From positions 2,784,001 through 2,848,000 of the forward strand of contig CAWIAD010000002.1 in the NCBI GenBank assembly GCA_963833985.1: 64,000 nt of DNA. The letters are read 5' to 3'. This DNA comes from an uncultured Planctomycetaceae bacterium (GTDB taxonomy: Bacteria; Planctomycetota; Planctomycetia; Isosphaerales; Isosphaeraceae). How positions within the stretch are numbered: position 1 is the first letter of the stretch; every line of letters starts with the position of its first letter. A program made the position numbers and the translations under genes. Shown here one piece after another: positions 17,985-28,137 of the stretch. The notes under the pieces were generated by a model. The model did no database searches and had not been told where the DNA came from. It was given only the letters and a program-made list of their open reading frames with translations.

Positions 17985-19238
17985 TTATTTGTGGAATTCA
18001 GGCGCGGGCAAGAAACGATTGTCGTGCAGGTCTCCATGCTCGTTGAAGTAGCGCTTGCGCTTGGCCGAGTTCTGATAGAAAGTGGTCAAGGACGGGTAGG
18101 CCAGCAGCAGGACCAGGACCAGAACGTATGCCGGCCGGCCCAGCCGGGCGCGCACCACCCGCGTGCCCTCGGCGATCATCAGGTAAAACGGAGGCACGAG
18201 CTCGATCATCAGGCGACCATGCAAGGGATATTTTCTCAGGCCGGCGGCCGCCACCGCCAGCAAAATCGGCAGCGTGAGGACGAGCCATGCCGCGCCGTCC
18301 CGCGCGGCCATTGAGCCGGCACCGATCAGCAGCAGCACGATGGGCAAGGCCACCCACCAGGCCGGCAGCACGGGTGCCAGCAGGTTGAGCGGGTTGACGA
18401 AGATCTCCAGCAGCACTCCCGCCACCTTCACCACGTCCGCCCAGCCTGACGGCGGCAAGGGCAAGAAAGCAAAGTTCCAGAACACATACATGGAGGTCGC
18501 GGGATGCAGCAAGGCGTGTGATGCCCGGTACGCCAGGGTAAAGTTCAGGGTCCAGCCCGCGGCGATGGCCAGCAGCCAGCCGACTTCGGCCCACGCTCGT
18601 TTTGACAGCCGGTTGATCAGCAGGGCCGTGCCGCACCCGGCGATCACGAACGACGAAGAGAACGAGAACCAGGGGGCCGCAACCATGAGCACGACGAGCG
18701 CCGCCAGCGCTCTGCCGCGCAGCGCGCCGTCGAGCCATTGCAGGCTCAGCAGCGTGATCGCCAGCCCGATCAGCAGATCGCAGGAATATGGCTTCAGCTC
18801 GCTGGAGTAATAGACCATGTCGTCCGACAGGGCAAAGAGCACCAGGGCGACCATCGCGGGCCCGGGCGCGAGCAACCGGAAGGCCAGCCGCTTGAACAGC
18901 CAGAGTGACGCGATGCCGCAGATGAGCGGGACCAGGCGCGTGGCGTAGCCCGAGGTCCCAAGGAGCGTCACGATCACCCGCTCGACGATCACGAAGCCGA
19001 AAGGCGCGAGCTGGTCGCCGCTGAGACAGGTGGAGAAGTCGAGGATCCGCACTCCGATGAAGTTGCTCAGAAGCGAGCCCTCGTCCATCCAGTAGGGGCG
19101 GTTCCAGAGATACGCCACAACCCGCAGCAGCACACCCAGCCAGCAGAGATCCTCGACCGGATGATCCCTGAGGGCCAGCCAGAGGGGTCGCAGGTCGACC
19201 TCCATGGAGAGGATTCGCCGGGACAATCCCATGAGCAT
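17985..19238 (-). CDS. GT-C type membrane glycosyltransferase (GT39/ArnT-like)
   Basis: YWMDE loop motif, YYSSELKPY, many transmembrane helices. Start uncertain (19205-19238). Confidence 0.65.
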   Translation of the reverse strand: MLMGLSRRILSMEVDLRPLWLALRDHPVEDLCWLGVLLRVVAYLWNRPYWMDEGSLLSNFIGVRILDFSTCLSGDQLAPFGFVIVERVIVTLLGTSGYATRLVPLICGIASLWLFKRLAFRLLAPGPAMVALVLFALSDDMVYYSSELKPYSCDLLIGLAITLLSLQWLDGALRGRALAALVVLMVAAPWFSFSSSFVIAGCGTALLINRLSKRAWAEVGWLLAIAAGWTLNFTLAYRASHALLHPATSMYVFWNFAFLPLPPSGWADVVKVAGVLLEIFVNPLNLLAPVLPAWWVALPIVLLLIGAGSMAARDGAAWLVLTLPILLAVAAAGLRKYPLHGRLMIELVPPFYLMIAEGTRVVRARLGRPAYVLVLVLLLAYPSLTTFYQNSAKRKRYFNEHGDLHDNRFLPAPEFHK

Positions 19239-19412
19239 GCGCCCTCGAACGTGGCCTCGAGCCTCGACTTCCCTCAAAAGAATGAGGATATCGTCACCAT
19301 GCCGGATCTGGCTGTCAATCGAGCGCAGAGCGGCTGCAACGTGCCTGCGGGGGCCGGACCCGGTAAACTGGAGCACCAGCCCGAACGATCCTGACCCGAG
19401 GGCACCCTCACC

Positions 19413-20075
19413 ATGCGCATCACCTGGTACGGCCACGCCGCGTTCCTCATCGAAACGGAGGGATCGCGGATCATCCTTGACCCGTATCGCTCGCCCGATT
19501 CGGGCGGTTATTTGCCGATCGACGAGCCGGCCGACATCGTGGTCGTCAGTCACGAGAACGACCGCTACCACAGCCACACCGGGCAGATCGTGCCTCCCTT
19601 CCAGCTCATCCGTGCTCTCGATCTGCCGCCCGCCGGAAACGAGGCCCGCGGCATCCGCTTCCGGGCGATCCACGTATTCGAGACGCCCGAGCGCAAGGCC
19701 GAGGACGAGGTGACCATCGTCCACTTCACCACGGAAGGGCTGCACCTGGTGTTCCTGGGCGACCTGGGGCATGCACTCGAGGAAGCGGATCTGGTCCCCC
19801 TGCGCGGGGCCGACGTGCTGCTGGTGCCGGCCGGAGGGCCCCCGACCATCGATTTCCCGCTCATCCCTGCCCTGGTCGACGCCATCGGCCCCCGGCTGGT
19901 GCTGCCGATGCACTACAAGACGCCGAAGATCAACCTCAACATCCAGCCCGTGGAGCGGTTTCTGGCGGTGCTGCCGGACGAGCTTGTGGAGCGCGCTGGG
20001 GCAAGCTCGGTCGAAGTCACGCGAGCCAGCTTGCCGGCACGGCGGACAATCGTCTTGCTCGACCACGCACGCTGA
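19413..20075 (+). CDS. MBL-fold metallo-hydrolase
   Basis: ITWYGHAAF, ILDPY, SHENDRYH, FLGDLGH and LPMHY motifs. Confidence 0.85.
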   Translation: MRITWYGHAAFLIETEGSRIILDPYRSPDSGGYLPIDEPADIVVVSHENDRYHSHTGQIVPPFQLIRALDLPPAGNEARGIRFRAIHVFETPERKAEDEVTIVHFTTEGLHLVFLGDLGHALEEADLVPLRGADVLLVPAGGPPTIDFPLIPALVDAIGPRLVLPMHYKTPKINLNIQPVERFLAVLPDELVERAGASSVEVTRASLPARRTIVLLDHAR

Positions 20076-20179
20076 AGGGCCAGGACAGGAAACCGCCGGG
20101 TGGACGCTTGACCGGGCTGGTGGCACCGCGTCCAATGAGCTTCCTGGGGGAAAGAACAACCTGACGCTGGAAACCGAGC

Positions 20180-21673
20180 ATGAAACGTTACCTTGCGGTG
20201 GCCCTGGTCGCTTTTGGCGGAACCCTTGTCTCGGCGGCCGAGCCGGCCGCGGCACTGCCGCGTTCCAGTCCCGAGGCCCAGGGAATGGCCTCGTCGGCCA
20301 TCCTGGCGTTCGTCGAGGCAGCCGACAGGTCGGTGGATGCGATCCACAGCGTCGTGGTCGTGAGGCACGGGCACGTCGTCGCCGCGGGCTGGTGGTCTCC
20401 CTACGAGGCCGGCTCACCGCACTCGCTCTACTCGCTGAGCAAGAGCTTCACCTCCACGGCCGTGGGGCTGGCTGTGGGCGAAGGCAAGCTGAGCGTCGAT
20501 GATGAGGTGCTCAAGTTCTTCCCGGATGAGGCCCCCGAGTCACCGAGCTCCAACCTCAAGGCCATGCGCGTGCGCGACCTGTTGCGCATGTCCACCGGGC
20601 ACCAGTCCGAGCCGAGCGTCAACGGCAAGCCGAACTGGGCCAGGGCCTTCCTGGCGCAGGCGGTCCCGAACAAGCCGGGGACGCATTTCCTGTACAACAC
20701 GGCGGCCACCTACATGCTCTCGGCCATCGTCCAGAAGGCCACCGGCATGACGGTGCTCGACTACCTGCGGCCCCGCCTCTTCGACCCGCTGGGCATCGAA
20801 CATCCCACCTGGGGCACCAGCCCGCAGGGCGTGTCCCTGGGCGGCTACGGCCTGAGCATCCGCACCGAGGACATCGCCCGCTTCGGCCAGCTTTACCTCC
20901 AGAAGGGAGAATGGCAGGGCAGGCAGCTCGTCCCCGCAGCCTGGGTGCACGCCGCCACGGCGCGTCAGACCTCCAACGGCAGCAACCCCAGGAGCGACTG
21001 GGAGCAGGGCTACGGCTACCAGTTCTGGCGCTGCCGGCATGGAGCGTTTCGCGGTGACGGAGCCTTCGGCCAGTTCTGCATCGTGCTTCCCGAACAGGAC
21101 GCGGTCATCGCCATCACCAGCGGCACGAAGAACATGCAGAACGTGCTGAACCTGGTGTGGGAGCACCTCCTGCCCGCCATGAAGCCCGCTCCTCTGGCCG
21201 AGGACGAGAGCGCCCGCAAGGCGCTTGAGCATGCCCTGGGCAGCCTCGCGCTGCACCCGCAGGAGGGTTCGGGCACGCCCTCCGCCGCGACCATCGCGAG
21301 CCTGATGAACAAGAAATACGTCTTCCCCGAGAATGACCGCAAGCTCGAGGCCATCACGCTGGAAGGCGGAGGCCCCGGCGGCGAGACGACGATCGTGGCG
21401 CGCACGGGGGGCAGCGACCAGCGCATCGTCTGCGACCGGGGCGCCTGGCACAAGGGCGAGCTGGCGCTCGGGATGCTGCCACGGCAGCCGGCGGCGGCCA
21501 GCGGCGCCTGGACTGCCGACGACACGTTCACGGCCCGGATCTGCTTCTACGAGACGCCCTTCCTGTACACGCTGCACTTCAAGCTTGCGGACGGGAAGCT
21601 GCTCCTGGATGCGGAGTCCAACGTCGGCTTCGGGCCCACCCGGCAGCCGCAACTGGTCGGAACCACGGAGTGA
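20180..21673 (+). CDS. Secreted serine hydrolase (beta-lactamase class C-like)
   Basis: Signal peptide, SLSK (SxxK), FLYN, LRPRLFDPLG, YGYQFW and GAFGQ motifs. Confidence 0.88.
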   Translation: MKRYLAVALVAFGGTLVSAAEPAAALPRSSPEAQGMASSAILAFVEAADRSVDAIHSVVVVRHGHVVAAGWWSPYEAGSPHSLYSLSKSFTSTAVGLAVGEGKLSVDDEVLKFFPDEAPESPSSNLKAMRVRDLLRMSTGHQSEPSVNGKPNWARAFLAQAVPNKPGTHFLYNTAATYMLSAIVQKATGMTVLDYLRPRLFDPLGIEHPTWGTSPQGVSLGGYGLSIRTEDIARFGQLYLQKGEWQGRQLVPAAWVHAATARQTSNGSNPRSDWEQGYGYQFWRCRHGAFRGDGAFGQFCIVLPEQDAVIAITSGTKNMQNVLNLVWEHLLPAMKPAPLAEDESARKALEHALGSLALHPQEGSGTPSAATIASLMNKKYVFPENDRKLEAITLEGGGPGGETTIVARTGGSDQRIVCDRGAWHKGELALGMLPRQPAAASGAWTADDTFTARICFYETPFLYTLHFKLADGKLLLDAESNVGFGPTRQPQLVGTTE

Positions 21674-21692
21674 CAGCCGGACCGCGCGGCGG

Positions 21693-22241
21693 TCACGAGG
21701 GGTCCTCCGTGACCCGCACGCCGTGCGCCGCGGCGCGTTCCAGGATCTCGTCGAGTGCTTGCTTCACCAGGTCTCCGGCGTGCACGGTCTGTGTCTCGCC
21801 CGACCTGGTCAGGCAGTTCAGGTGGACGTTCACCTTCCCCCGGGCTCCCCGCACCCGCGCGATGTGGATCTCGCGCAGGCTGTCGAAGCGGATGCTGTGC
21901 ACCGTTGGGCTGAACCACATGCCGTAGCTGCACTCGAAGTGCTGGTCGTCCACCACCACGCGGTTACTGTACATGGCCGGCACCACCGCAACCAGCAGGA
22001 ACGGACCCAGGAACAGCAGGCCATAGCCCATGCGCTTGTTGACCGAGCGCAGGAACCATCCGGCCGGCAGCGCGGCGATCGCTCCGGCGATGATCGCCGG
22101 GCCCATCCACCAGGCGAAGTGGTAGACCGGCTGATCTCCTTTCTCGACGCGCTCGTAGCAGCCCGAGAAGAACAGCAAGGCTGGCAGCACAAGGGAAGCG
22201 GCCAGTCGTGGCACACAAGGTGTGGGAAGTGGACGTTCCAA
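21693..22241 (-). CDS. Hypothetical membrane protein
   Basis: Lipobox-like FSGC, two further hydrophobic helices, small soluble tail. Confidence 0.6.
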   Translation of the reverse strand: MERPLPTPCVPRLAASLVLPALLFFSGCYERVEKGDQPVYHFAWWMGPAIIAGAIAALPAGWFLRSVNKRMGYGLLFLGPFLLVAVVPAMYSNRVVVDDQHFECSYGMWFSPTVHSIRFDSLREIHIARVRGARGKVNVHLNCLTRSGETQTVHAGDLVKQALDEILERAAAHGVRVTEDPS

Positions 22242-22372
22242 GTTATGTGTCCTCCGGAAACGCTTGAATCGGGTACCCTTGCGGTCCGCGCAGCAGCGAA
22301 CCCCGAGCGCCGCTGCCGGTGAGATGCACGATCACTTCCGTAGCAGGCGATTTTCGGCCGCTGACAGGGCGC

Positions 22373-23533
22373 TCATAGTTCGCGTAAGGCCGCGATGACC
22401 TCCAGGCGCACGGCGCGGAGAGCCGGCAGCATGCCGCCGAAGAGTCCCATGGCCAGGGTCATGATCACCGCCACCGCGGCGACCGTCCAGCCGAACCGGA
22501 ACGAGATCGAGATCGAGGCGAAGCTGCCCATGTTGAAGGTCTCGATCGTCAGGAAGTTGAGCGGCAGCGTGGCCAGCAGGCCCAGTGCGCCGCCCAGGGC
22601 GCACAGCAGGAACGATTCGCCCAGGAAGGAGATGAGGATATCGGACTGGGGGAACCCCAGGGCCCTCATGGTACCGATCTCGCGGGTCCGCGAGCTGACG
22701 GCGGCGAACATCGTGTTGGCCGCGGCGAACATGGCTCCGAAGGTGAGCAGCACGGCGATCAACGTTCCGGCGGCCTGAAGGAACAGGCTCATGCGCGATT
22801 GTTCCTCGAAGTAGGCCTTCTCGGACTTGGCCTCGAGCTTGAACTCGGTGTTGTCGTTGATGGTCTTCTGGAGCTTCTCGAAATCGGGCAGGCTGGCGGC
22901 GCGCAACTGGACACAGGAGACCGATCCGTCCCGTCCCGTGTTCTTCTCGACGTCCTTCAGATCGGCCCAGACCTCGCTCTCCGCCGCACTGCCGCCGGCC
23001 GTGAAGATGCCCACCACGCGGTACTGTTCCTTGTCGCCGAAGGAGAGCAGCCCGCCGATCTGTCCACCCTTGAACTTACGCGCGATCGTCTTGCTGACGA
23101 TGCACTCGCCGCGGCCCTCGACGAAGTCGCGCCCGGCCACGATCTTGAACTCGGGCCGCAGCAGACGAGACGCCGGCTGCACGCCCCGGATGATGATGTT
23201 GTTGCGGGTGCCGTTGGCGCGCTCGCCGTTGGCGATGTTCAGCAGCTCCTTGGCGGCCAGCGGCATGCCCGAATTGTGCTCGATGCCGTCGAGGGTCAGC
23301 AGCTTGTCAGCCTTGTCGCTCTCGAACCCGCCCGACGTCTCATTCGAGGAGCCCTTGCGGAGCACGATCAGGTCGAGCGGATCGCCCGAGATCTTCAGGC
23401 TGTACTCGAGACCCTCCACCAGGCCGAAGAGGATGCACGACGATGCCACCAGGAGCGCCGTGCCGACGACCGTCATGAGCGTCGTCTTCCAGCGGACCCG
23501 GAGGTTGCGCACGTTGTATTTGAGCGGGATCAT
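22373..23533 (-). CDS. ABC transporter permease (FtsX/MacB-type)
   Basis: RTREIGTMRALGF motif, four-TM layout. Confidence 0.9.
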   Translation of the reverse strand: MIPLKYNVRNLRVRWKTTLMTVVGTALLVASSCILFGLVEGLEYSLKISGDPLDLIVLRKGSSNETSGGFESDKADKLLTLDGIEHNSGMPLAAKELLNIANGERANGTRNNIIIRGVQPASRLLRPEFKIVAGRDFVEGRGECIVSKTIARKFKGGQIGGLLSFGDKEQYRVVGIFTAGGSAAESEVWADLKDVEKNTGRDGSVSCVQLRAASLPDFEKLQKTINDNTEFKLEAKSEKAYFEEQSRMSLFLQAAGTLIAVLLTFGAMFAAANTMFAAVSSRTREIGTMRALGFPQSDILISFLGESFLLCALGGALGLLATLPLNFLTIETFNMGSFASISISFRFGWTVAAVAVIMTLAMGLFGGMLPALRAVRLEVIAALREL

Positions 23534-23539
23534 GACGAC

Positions 23540-24742
23540 TTACACCACCTTCCTCAGTCCATTGATCACCGACGAATTGGCTGCGAGGAGCGCGGGGGCC
23601 AGGCCGCTGGCGAAGCCAACGAAGAGCGCGACGCCCAGGCCGAAGAGGGCGATGTCCCAGGAGACGTAAAAGAACGGCAAAAAGCCGCCGGTGTAGGGGG
23701 CGATGTCGACGAAGTCGAAGAAGTACTTGCTTCCCACCGCGCCGATCAGGCCACCCAGGCCGGCCACCAGAACGGCCTCGGAGAGCACCAGGAAGAGCAC
23801 CAGGCCCTTGGGGAAGCCGATCGCCTTGAGGATCGCGACCTCGCTGGTGCGCTCGCGCATCGCCATCGCCATGGCGTTGCCCGCCACGAACAGCAGCGCC
23901 ACCACGATCGCCAGGCCAATCCCGTAGATGGCATAGCGCAGGTCGCCCAGCATGTCGGCGAACATCTTGTCGAAGGCTTCCTCCGTCTGGGTGCGCGTCG
24001 GGTAATTGCTGTTGCGGTACAGGTCGTCGATCTTGTTGCCCAGCGAGGGCATGATATTGCCGTTCTTGCACTTCAGAAAGATGATGCCGGCGTTGCCCGA
24101 GACACGGGCGCTGGCCGGCGCCAGCGAGCCGCCGGAGGCCGCGCTCATCGTCACCCGCTTCAGCGCCTCGTCGAAATAATCAAAGTGGAACAGGCACATC
24201 CGCTGGTCGCTGTTCGATGGGCCGCTGTAGATTCCGCGGATGGTCAGGTTCATGTCCACCGGGTAGAGGTCGCCCTTCAGCGGCAGCGAGTCGCCGACCT
24301 TCAGGCCGCGGTCCCGGGCCAGTTTGGCGCCGATGATGCAGCCGTCCTTGTTCGCCTTGAAAGCCTGAAGCTGCGCGGGCGGCACGACCAGCTCATCCAT
24401 GACGTTGAAGATGGTCTCCGCGTCAACCGCGAACTGGGAGAACGGCACGACCTCGTCATGGTACTTGCCGCCGTACCAGTTGAAAGGAGTGGCCGCCAGC
24501 ACGCCGTCCATCCGCGCCACCTCGCCCACGAACGAGATCGGCACCATCCCGGCGAAGCCGTTGGCGTTCATCGTCACCAGGCGGTTGTGGATCTTCGATG
24601 CCGCGGCGATCTCGTTGTTGATGGCGAAGAACGCCAGCAGCAGCATCATCAGGAACAGGCAGATCGCCGTCGAGGCGATCGTCAGCAGCGATCGGACAGG
24701 ATTGCGGCGCGCATTCCGGAAGATGTAAGGGAGGTGCTTCAT
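23540..24742 (-). CDS. ABC transporter permease (FtsX/MacB-type), paralog 2
   Basis: Starts MKHLPYIFRNARRNP. RERTSEVAILKAIGF motif. Confidence 0.9.
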   Translation of the reverse strand: MKHLPYIFRNARRNPVRSLLTIASTAICLFLMMLLLAFFAINNEIAAASKIHNRLVTMNANGFAGMVPISFVGEVARMDGVLAATPFNWYGGKYHDEVVPFSQFAVDAETIFNVMDELVVPPAQLQAFKANKDGCIIGAKLARDRGLKVGDSLPLKGDLYPVDMNLTIRGIYSGPSNSDQRMCLFHFDYFDEALKRVTMSAASGGSLAPASARVSGNAGIIFLKCKNGNIMPSLGNKIDDLYRNSNYPTRTQTEEAFDKMFADMLGDLRYAIYGIGLAIVVALLFVAGNAMAMAMRERTSEVAILKAIGFPKGLVLFLVLSEAVLVAGLGGLIGAVGSKYFFDFVDIAPYTGGFLPFFYVSWDIALFGLGVALFVGFASGLAPALLAANSSVINGLRKVV

Positions 24743-24747
24743 GACCG

Positions 24748-25953
24748 CTAGACTACCTTCCTCAGTCCATTGATCACCGACGAGTTGGCGGCCGTGAGGG
24801 CCGGCACCACCCCGCTCACCAGCCCCACCAGCACGGACACCGCCAGGCCCAGGCTTGCCACGCGCCAGGGCACGAAGAACACCGGCAAGAACCCGTTCGT
24901 GTACCGGGCCACGTCCACCAGGTCGCACAGCGCCTTGCACCCCAGCGTCCCCAATGCGCCCCCCACACTCGCCACCAGCACCGCCTCGGTCAGCACCAGG
25001 AAGAGCACCTTGGCCCTGGAGAAGCCGATTGCCTTGAGGATCGCGACCTCGCTGGTGCGCTCGCGCATCGCCATCGCCATGGCGTTGCCCGCCACGAACA
25101 GCAGCGCCACCACGATCGCCACGCCGATCCCGTAAATTGCGTTTTGCAGGTCGCCCATCATGTCGGCGAACATCTTGCCGAACGCCTCCTCGGTCTGCGT
25201 CCGGGTGGGAAACTCGCTGTTGTGATAGAGGTCGTCGATCTTCTGGCTCACCGCCGGCATGACATCGGCGTTCTTGCACTTGATGAACACCATGCCGGCG
25301 TTCCCCGAAGTCCGCGAGCTGTTCGTGGCCAGCGAGCCGCCGGAGGCCGCGCTCATCGTCACCCGCTTCAGCGACTCATCGAAGTACTCGTAGTGGAACA
25401 GGCACATCCGCAGGTTGCGGTTCGAGGGGCCGTCGTAGATGGCCTTGATGGTGAGGTCCATGTCCACCGGGTAGATGTCGCCCTTCAGCGGCAGCGAGTC
25501 TCCGACCTTCAGGTCCCAGTCGCTGGCCAGACGCCGCCCGATCGCGGCTCCGTCCTGGCTGGCCTGGAAGTCCGCGAGCTGCTTCTCGGGAACGTGGAAT
25601 TCATTGAGCACCTTGAAGACGGTGCCGGCGTCCACGGCAAACTGCGCGAAGGGGAGCTGCTGGTCATGATACTTGCCGCCGTACCAGCTAAATGGGCTGA
25701 CGGCCAGGACGCCGTCGAGCTGCGCGATCTCGGGTACCCGGCCGATGGGCACCATGCCGGCAAACCCGTTCCTGTTCATGCAGATGATGCGGTTGAACAC
25801 CACGTTCGACCGCGCCGCGTCGTCACGCATGGCGAAGAAGGCCAGCAGGATCATCATCAGGAACAGGCAGATCGCCGTGGACGCCACCGTCAGCAGCGTG
25901 CGAATGGGGTTCCTGCGGGCGTTGCGGAAGATGTAGGTGAGGTACTTCATCAT
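24748..25953 (-). CDS. ABC transporter permease (FtsX/MacB-type), paralog 1
   Basis: [30 protein letters not shown] motif. Confidence 0.9.
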   Translation of the reverse strand: MMKYLTYIFRNARRNPIRTLLTVASTAICLFLMMILLAFFAMRDDAARSNVVFNRIICMNRNGFAGMVPIGRVPEIAQLDGVLAVSPFSWYGGKYHDQQLPFAQFAVDAGTVFKVLNEFHVPEKQLADFQASQDGAAIGRRLASDWDLKVGDSLPLKGDIYPVDMDLTIKAIYDGPSNRNLRMCLFHYEYFDESLKRVTMSAASGGSLATNSSRTSGNAGMVFIKCKNADVMPAVSQKIDDLYHNSEFPTRTQTEEAFGKMFADMMGDLQNAIYGIGVAIVVALLFVAGNAMAMAMRERTSEVAILKAIGFSRAKVLFLVLTEAVLVASVGGALGTLGCKALCDLVDVARYTNGFLPVFFVPWRVASLGLAVSVLVGLVSGVVPALTAANSSVINGLRKVV

Positions 25954-26693
25954 GACACCGCCGAGACCCGGGCTTCCTGGATCACGTCATCGACGAGCCG
26001 GCCCTTGTCCAGGTGCAGGATGCGGCTGGCCCGCGCCGCGGCCAGCGGGTCGTGCGTGACCATGACGATCGTCTTTTGAAACTCGCGGTTGAGCAGCTCC
26101 AGGAGGTCGAGGATCTCGCCGGCCGTCGTGCGGTCGAGGTCGCCGGTGGGCTCGTCGGCCACCAGCAGGTACGGATCGGTGACGATCGCGCGGGCAATGG
26201 CCACGCGCTGCTCCTGGCCGCCGGAAAGCTGCCGGGGGTAGTGATGCTCGCGGCTTTCCAGGCCCACGATCCGCAAGGCCGTCATGACGTTCTCGCGGCG
26301 CTTGCGGCGTGAGAGGTGCGTGAGCAGGAGCGGCAGCTCCACGTTCTCGAACGCCGTGAGCACCGGGATCAGGTTGTAGGTCTGGAAAATGAAGCCGACG
26401 TTGTTGGCGCGCCAGCGAGTGATCTCGGCCTCGGAGAGCTCGCCCAGCGGCTGGTCGTGGACGACGACCTCGCCCTTGGTCGCCTGGTCCAGCCCGGCAA
26501 TCAGGTTCAATAGGGTGGTCTTCCCCGATCCCGACGGCCCCATGAGCGCCAGGTACTCGCCCTCCGCCACCTCCAGGTCGAGGCTTGCCAGGACGGGCAC
26601 CACGAATTCGTCCCGGCGATACTCCTTGTACACGCCCCTGAGCACGATCGACGACGTCTGGCCCATGTCAGGAATCACCTTTCGCTTCGCCAC
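25950..26693 (-). CDS. ABC transporter ATP-binding protein (LolD/MacB-like)
   Basis: [22 protein letters not shown] and VTHD motifs. Confidence 0.93.
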   Translation of the reverse strand: MAKRKVIPDMGQTSSIVLRGVYKEYRRDEFVVPVLASLDLEVAEGEYLALMGPSGSGKTTLLNLIAGLDQATKGEVVVHDQPLGELSEAEITRWRANNVGFIFQTYNLIPVLTAFENVELPLLLTHLSRRKRRENVMTALRIVGLESREHHYPRQLSGGQEQRVAIARAIVTDPYLLVADEPTGDLDRTTAGEILDLLELLNREFQKTIVMVTHDPLAAARASRILHLDKGRLVDDVIQEARVSAVS

Positions 26694-26717
26694 AAAAAAG
26701 TCCCGGCGTCCCAGGCG

Positions 26718-28010
26718 TCATTCGGCGATCCGTACCTCTTCATTGTCTTTGAACGTTTTCGGAGGATTCAGCACCACGGTCTCGCCCGCGGCCAGCCCGG
26801 ACTCGACCCGGGCCAGGTCCTCGCGCGTTGTGGCCACTTCCACCTGCCGCTTCAGGAGCCGCGACCTCGGGCCCACCACCCACACGTAATCGTGCCCGTT
26901 CTGCTGGAACACGGCCGACTTGGAGACGAACAGGTACGATTTCGAGGTCTCCGCTGCGAGGCCCGTCTTGAAGGGAAGGAAGTGGACCGTCGCCGCCAGC
27001 TCGGGGAAGAGTTTCTCGTCCGGGTCGATGATCTCCACCTTCACCTTCACGGTGCCGCGGGTGCGGTCGCCCATGGGGATGATCTGCCGCAGCTTGCCGT
27101 GATAGCGCTTGTTTGGATTGGCGCTCACGGACACCTCCGCGGGCTGGCCCAGCTCGATCCGCGACATCATGTTCTCGGAGATGTCGGTCTCCACGTCCAT
27201 GTGGGCCAGGTCGGCAAGCGTGACCACCGCCGAGCGGCCCAGCGACGAGCTCATGGCCATGGGCGAGATGATCTCGCCCACCTCGCCCTGCTTCTCCACC
27301 ACGGTGCCGTCAAACGGCGCCACAATCTGCATCTGGTACTTGCGGGTGTATTCCATCTCGTCGATATTGGCCTTCATCATCTTGATGGAAGCCTCCAGCG
27401 CCGCCACCTTGGCGGTGGACATCTTGCGCAGCGACGATGCCTTCTCGAAGTCTTCCTGGGGGAGCATCTTCTTGGCCACCAGGCGTTCGGACCGCCTGGC
27501 TTCGCGGTCCTTCTCCCAGAGGTCGGCCTTGGCTTCCTCCAGCTCGGCCCGCGCGCGCTCCATGCCGGCCTTGCGCTGCTCGATCATGGCCAGCAGGTCG
27601 TGATGCTCGATGATGGCCAGGATATCGCCTGTCTTCACCTGGTCGTGCTCCTTGACGCGCATCTCCTCGACACGGCCCGCGACCTTGGTGCCGATCATCG
27701 CCTGCTTCTGAGACTTGAGATAACCCTTGGCGGTGAGCAGCTTCTCGGCCTCGCCGGTGGTCATCTGCTGGACCAGGCCAACGGTCACCTCCGGCCGCGA
27801 GCGCACGCGGTCGTACTCGCGGTAGCCGACAATCCCGGCCCCGCTGACGACCCCCAGCGGTATCAGCCACAGCAGCCACGAAAGCAGCCGCAGCCCGCCC
27901 CCCCGGCGGCGGTATTCGGTACCTGTCTGCCCCTTGCTGCTGGCCGGACGGAACTGGTCCGGCCGCTCGATCTTGAGCGACGCAAGCTCGTCGCGCAGTG
28001 TGCTCGCCAT
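26718..28010 (-). CDS. Efflux periplasmic adaptor subunit (MacA/HlyD-like)
   Basis: Single TM, coiled-coil hairpin, IVAPFDGTV lipoyl-like motif. Heads the ABC operon. Confidence 0.88.
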   Translation of the reverse strand: MASTLRDELASLKIERPDQFRPASSKGQTGTEYRRRGGGLRLLSWLLWLIPLGVVSGAGIVGYREYDRVRSRPEVTVGLVQQMTTGEAEKLLTAKGYLKSQKQAMIGTKVAGRVEEMRVKEHDQVKTGDILAIIEHHDLLAMIEQRKAGMERARAELEEAKADLWEKDREARRSERLVAKKMLPQEDFEKASSLRKMSTAKVAALEASIKMMKANIDEMEYTRKYQMQIVAPFDGTVVEKQGEVGEIISPMAMSSSLGRSAVVTLADLAHMDVETDISENMMSRIELGQPAEVSVSANPNKRYHGKLRQIIPMGDRTRGTVKVKVEIIDPDEKLFPELAATVHFLPFKTGLAAETSKSYLFVSKSAVFQQNGHDYVWVVGPRSRLLKRQVEVATTREDLARVESGLAAGETVVLNPPKTFKDNEEVRIAE

Positions 28011-28137
28011 GAGAGCTCAAAGCCTTTCTGGACCAGGAAACGGACGCCGAGTCCTTGGAACGGCAGGCGAAAGCACCACCCACTTTAGCACAGATCGGTA
28101 TCGGCATCGAGACTGAACTGACCGCCTGCCCAGGCGC

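Noticed and set aside
19239..20417. N-terminal half of the 810-aa ORF 17985..20417
   Set aside because: Antisense shadow of the MBL hydrolase and serine hydrolase genes.
24743..25279. N-terminal extension of the 579-aa permease ORF
   Set aside because: Overlaps the upstream paralogue out of frame. The true start MKHLPYIF aligns with the paralogue's start.
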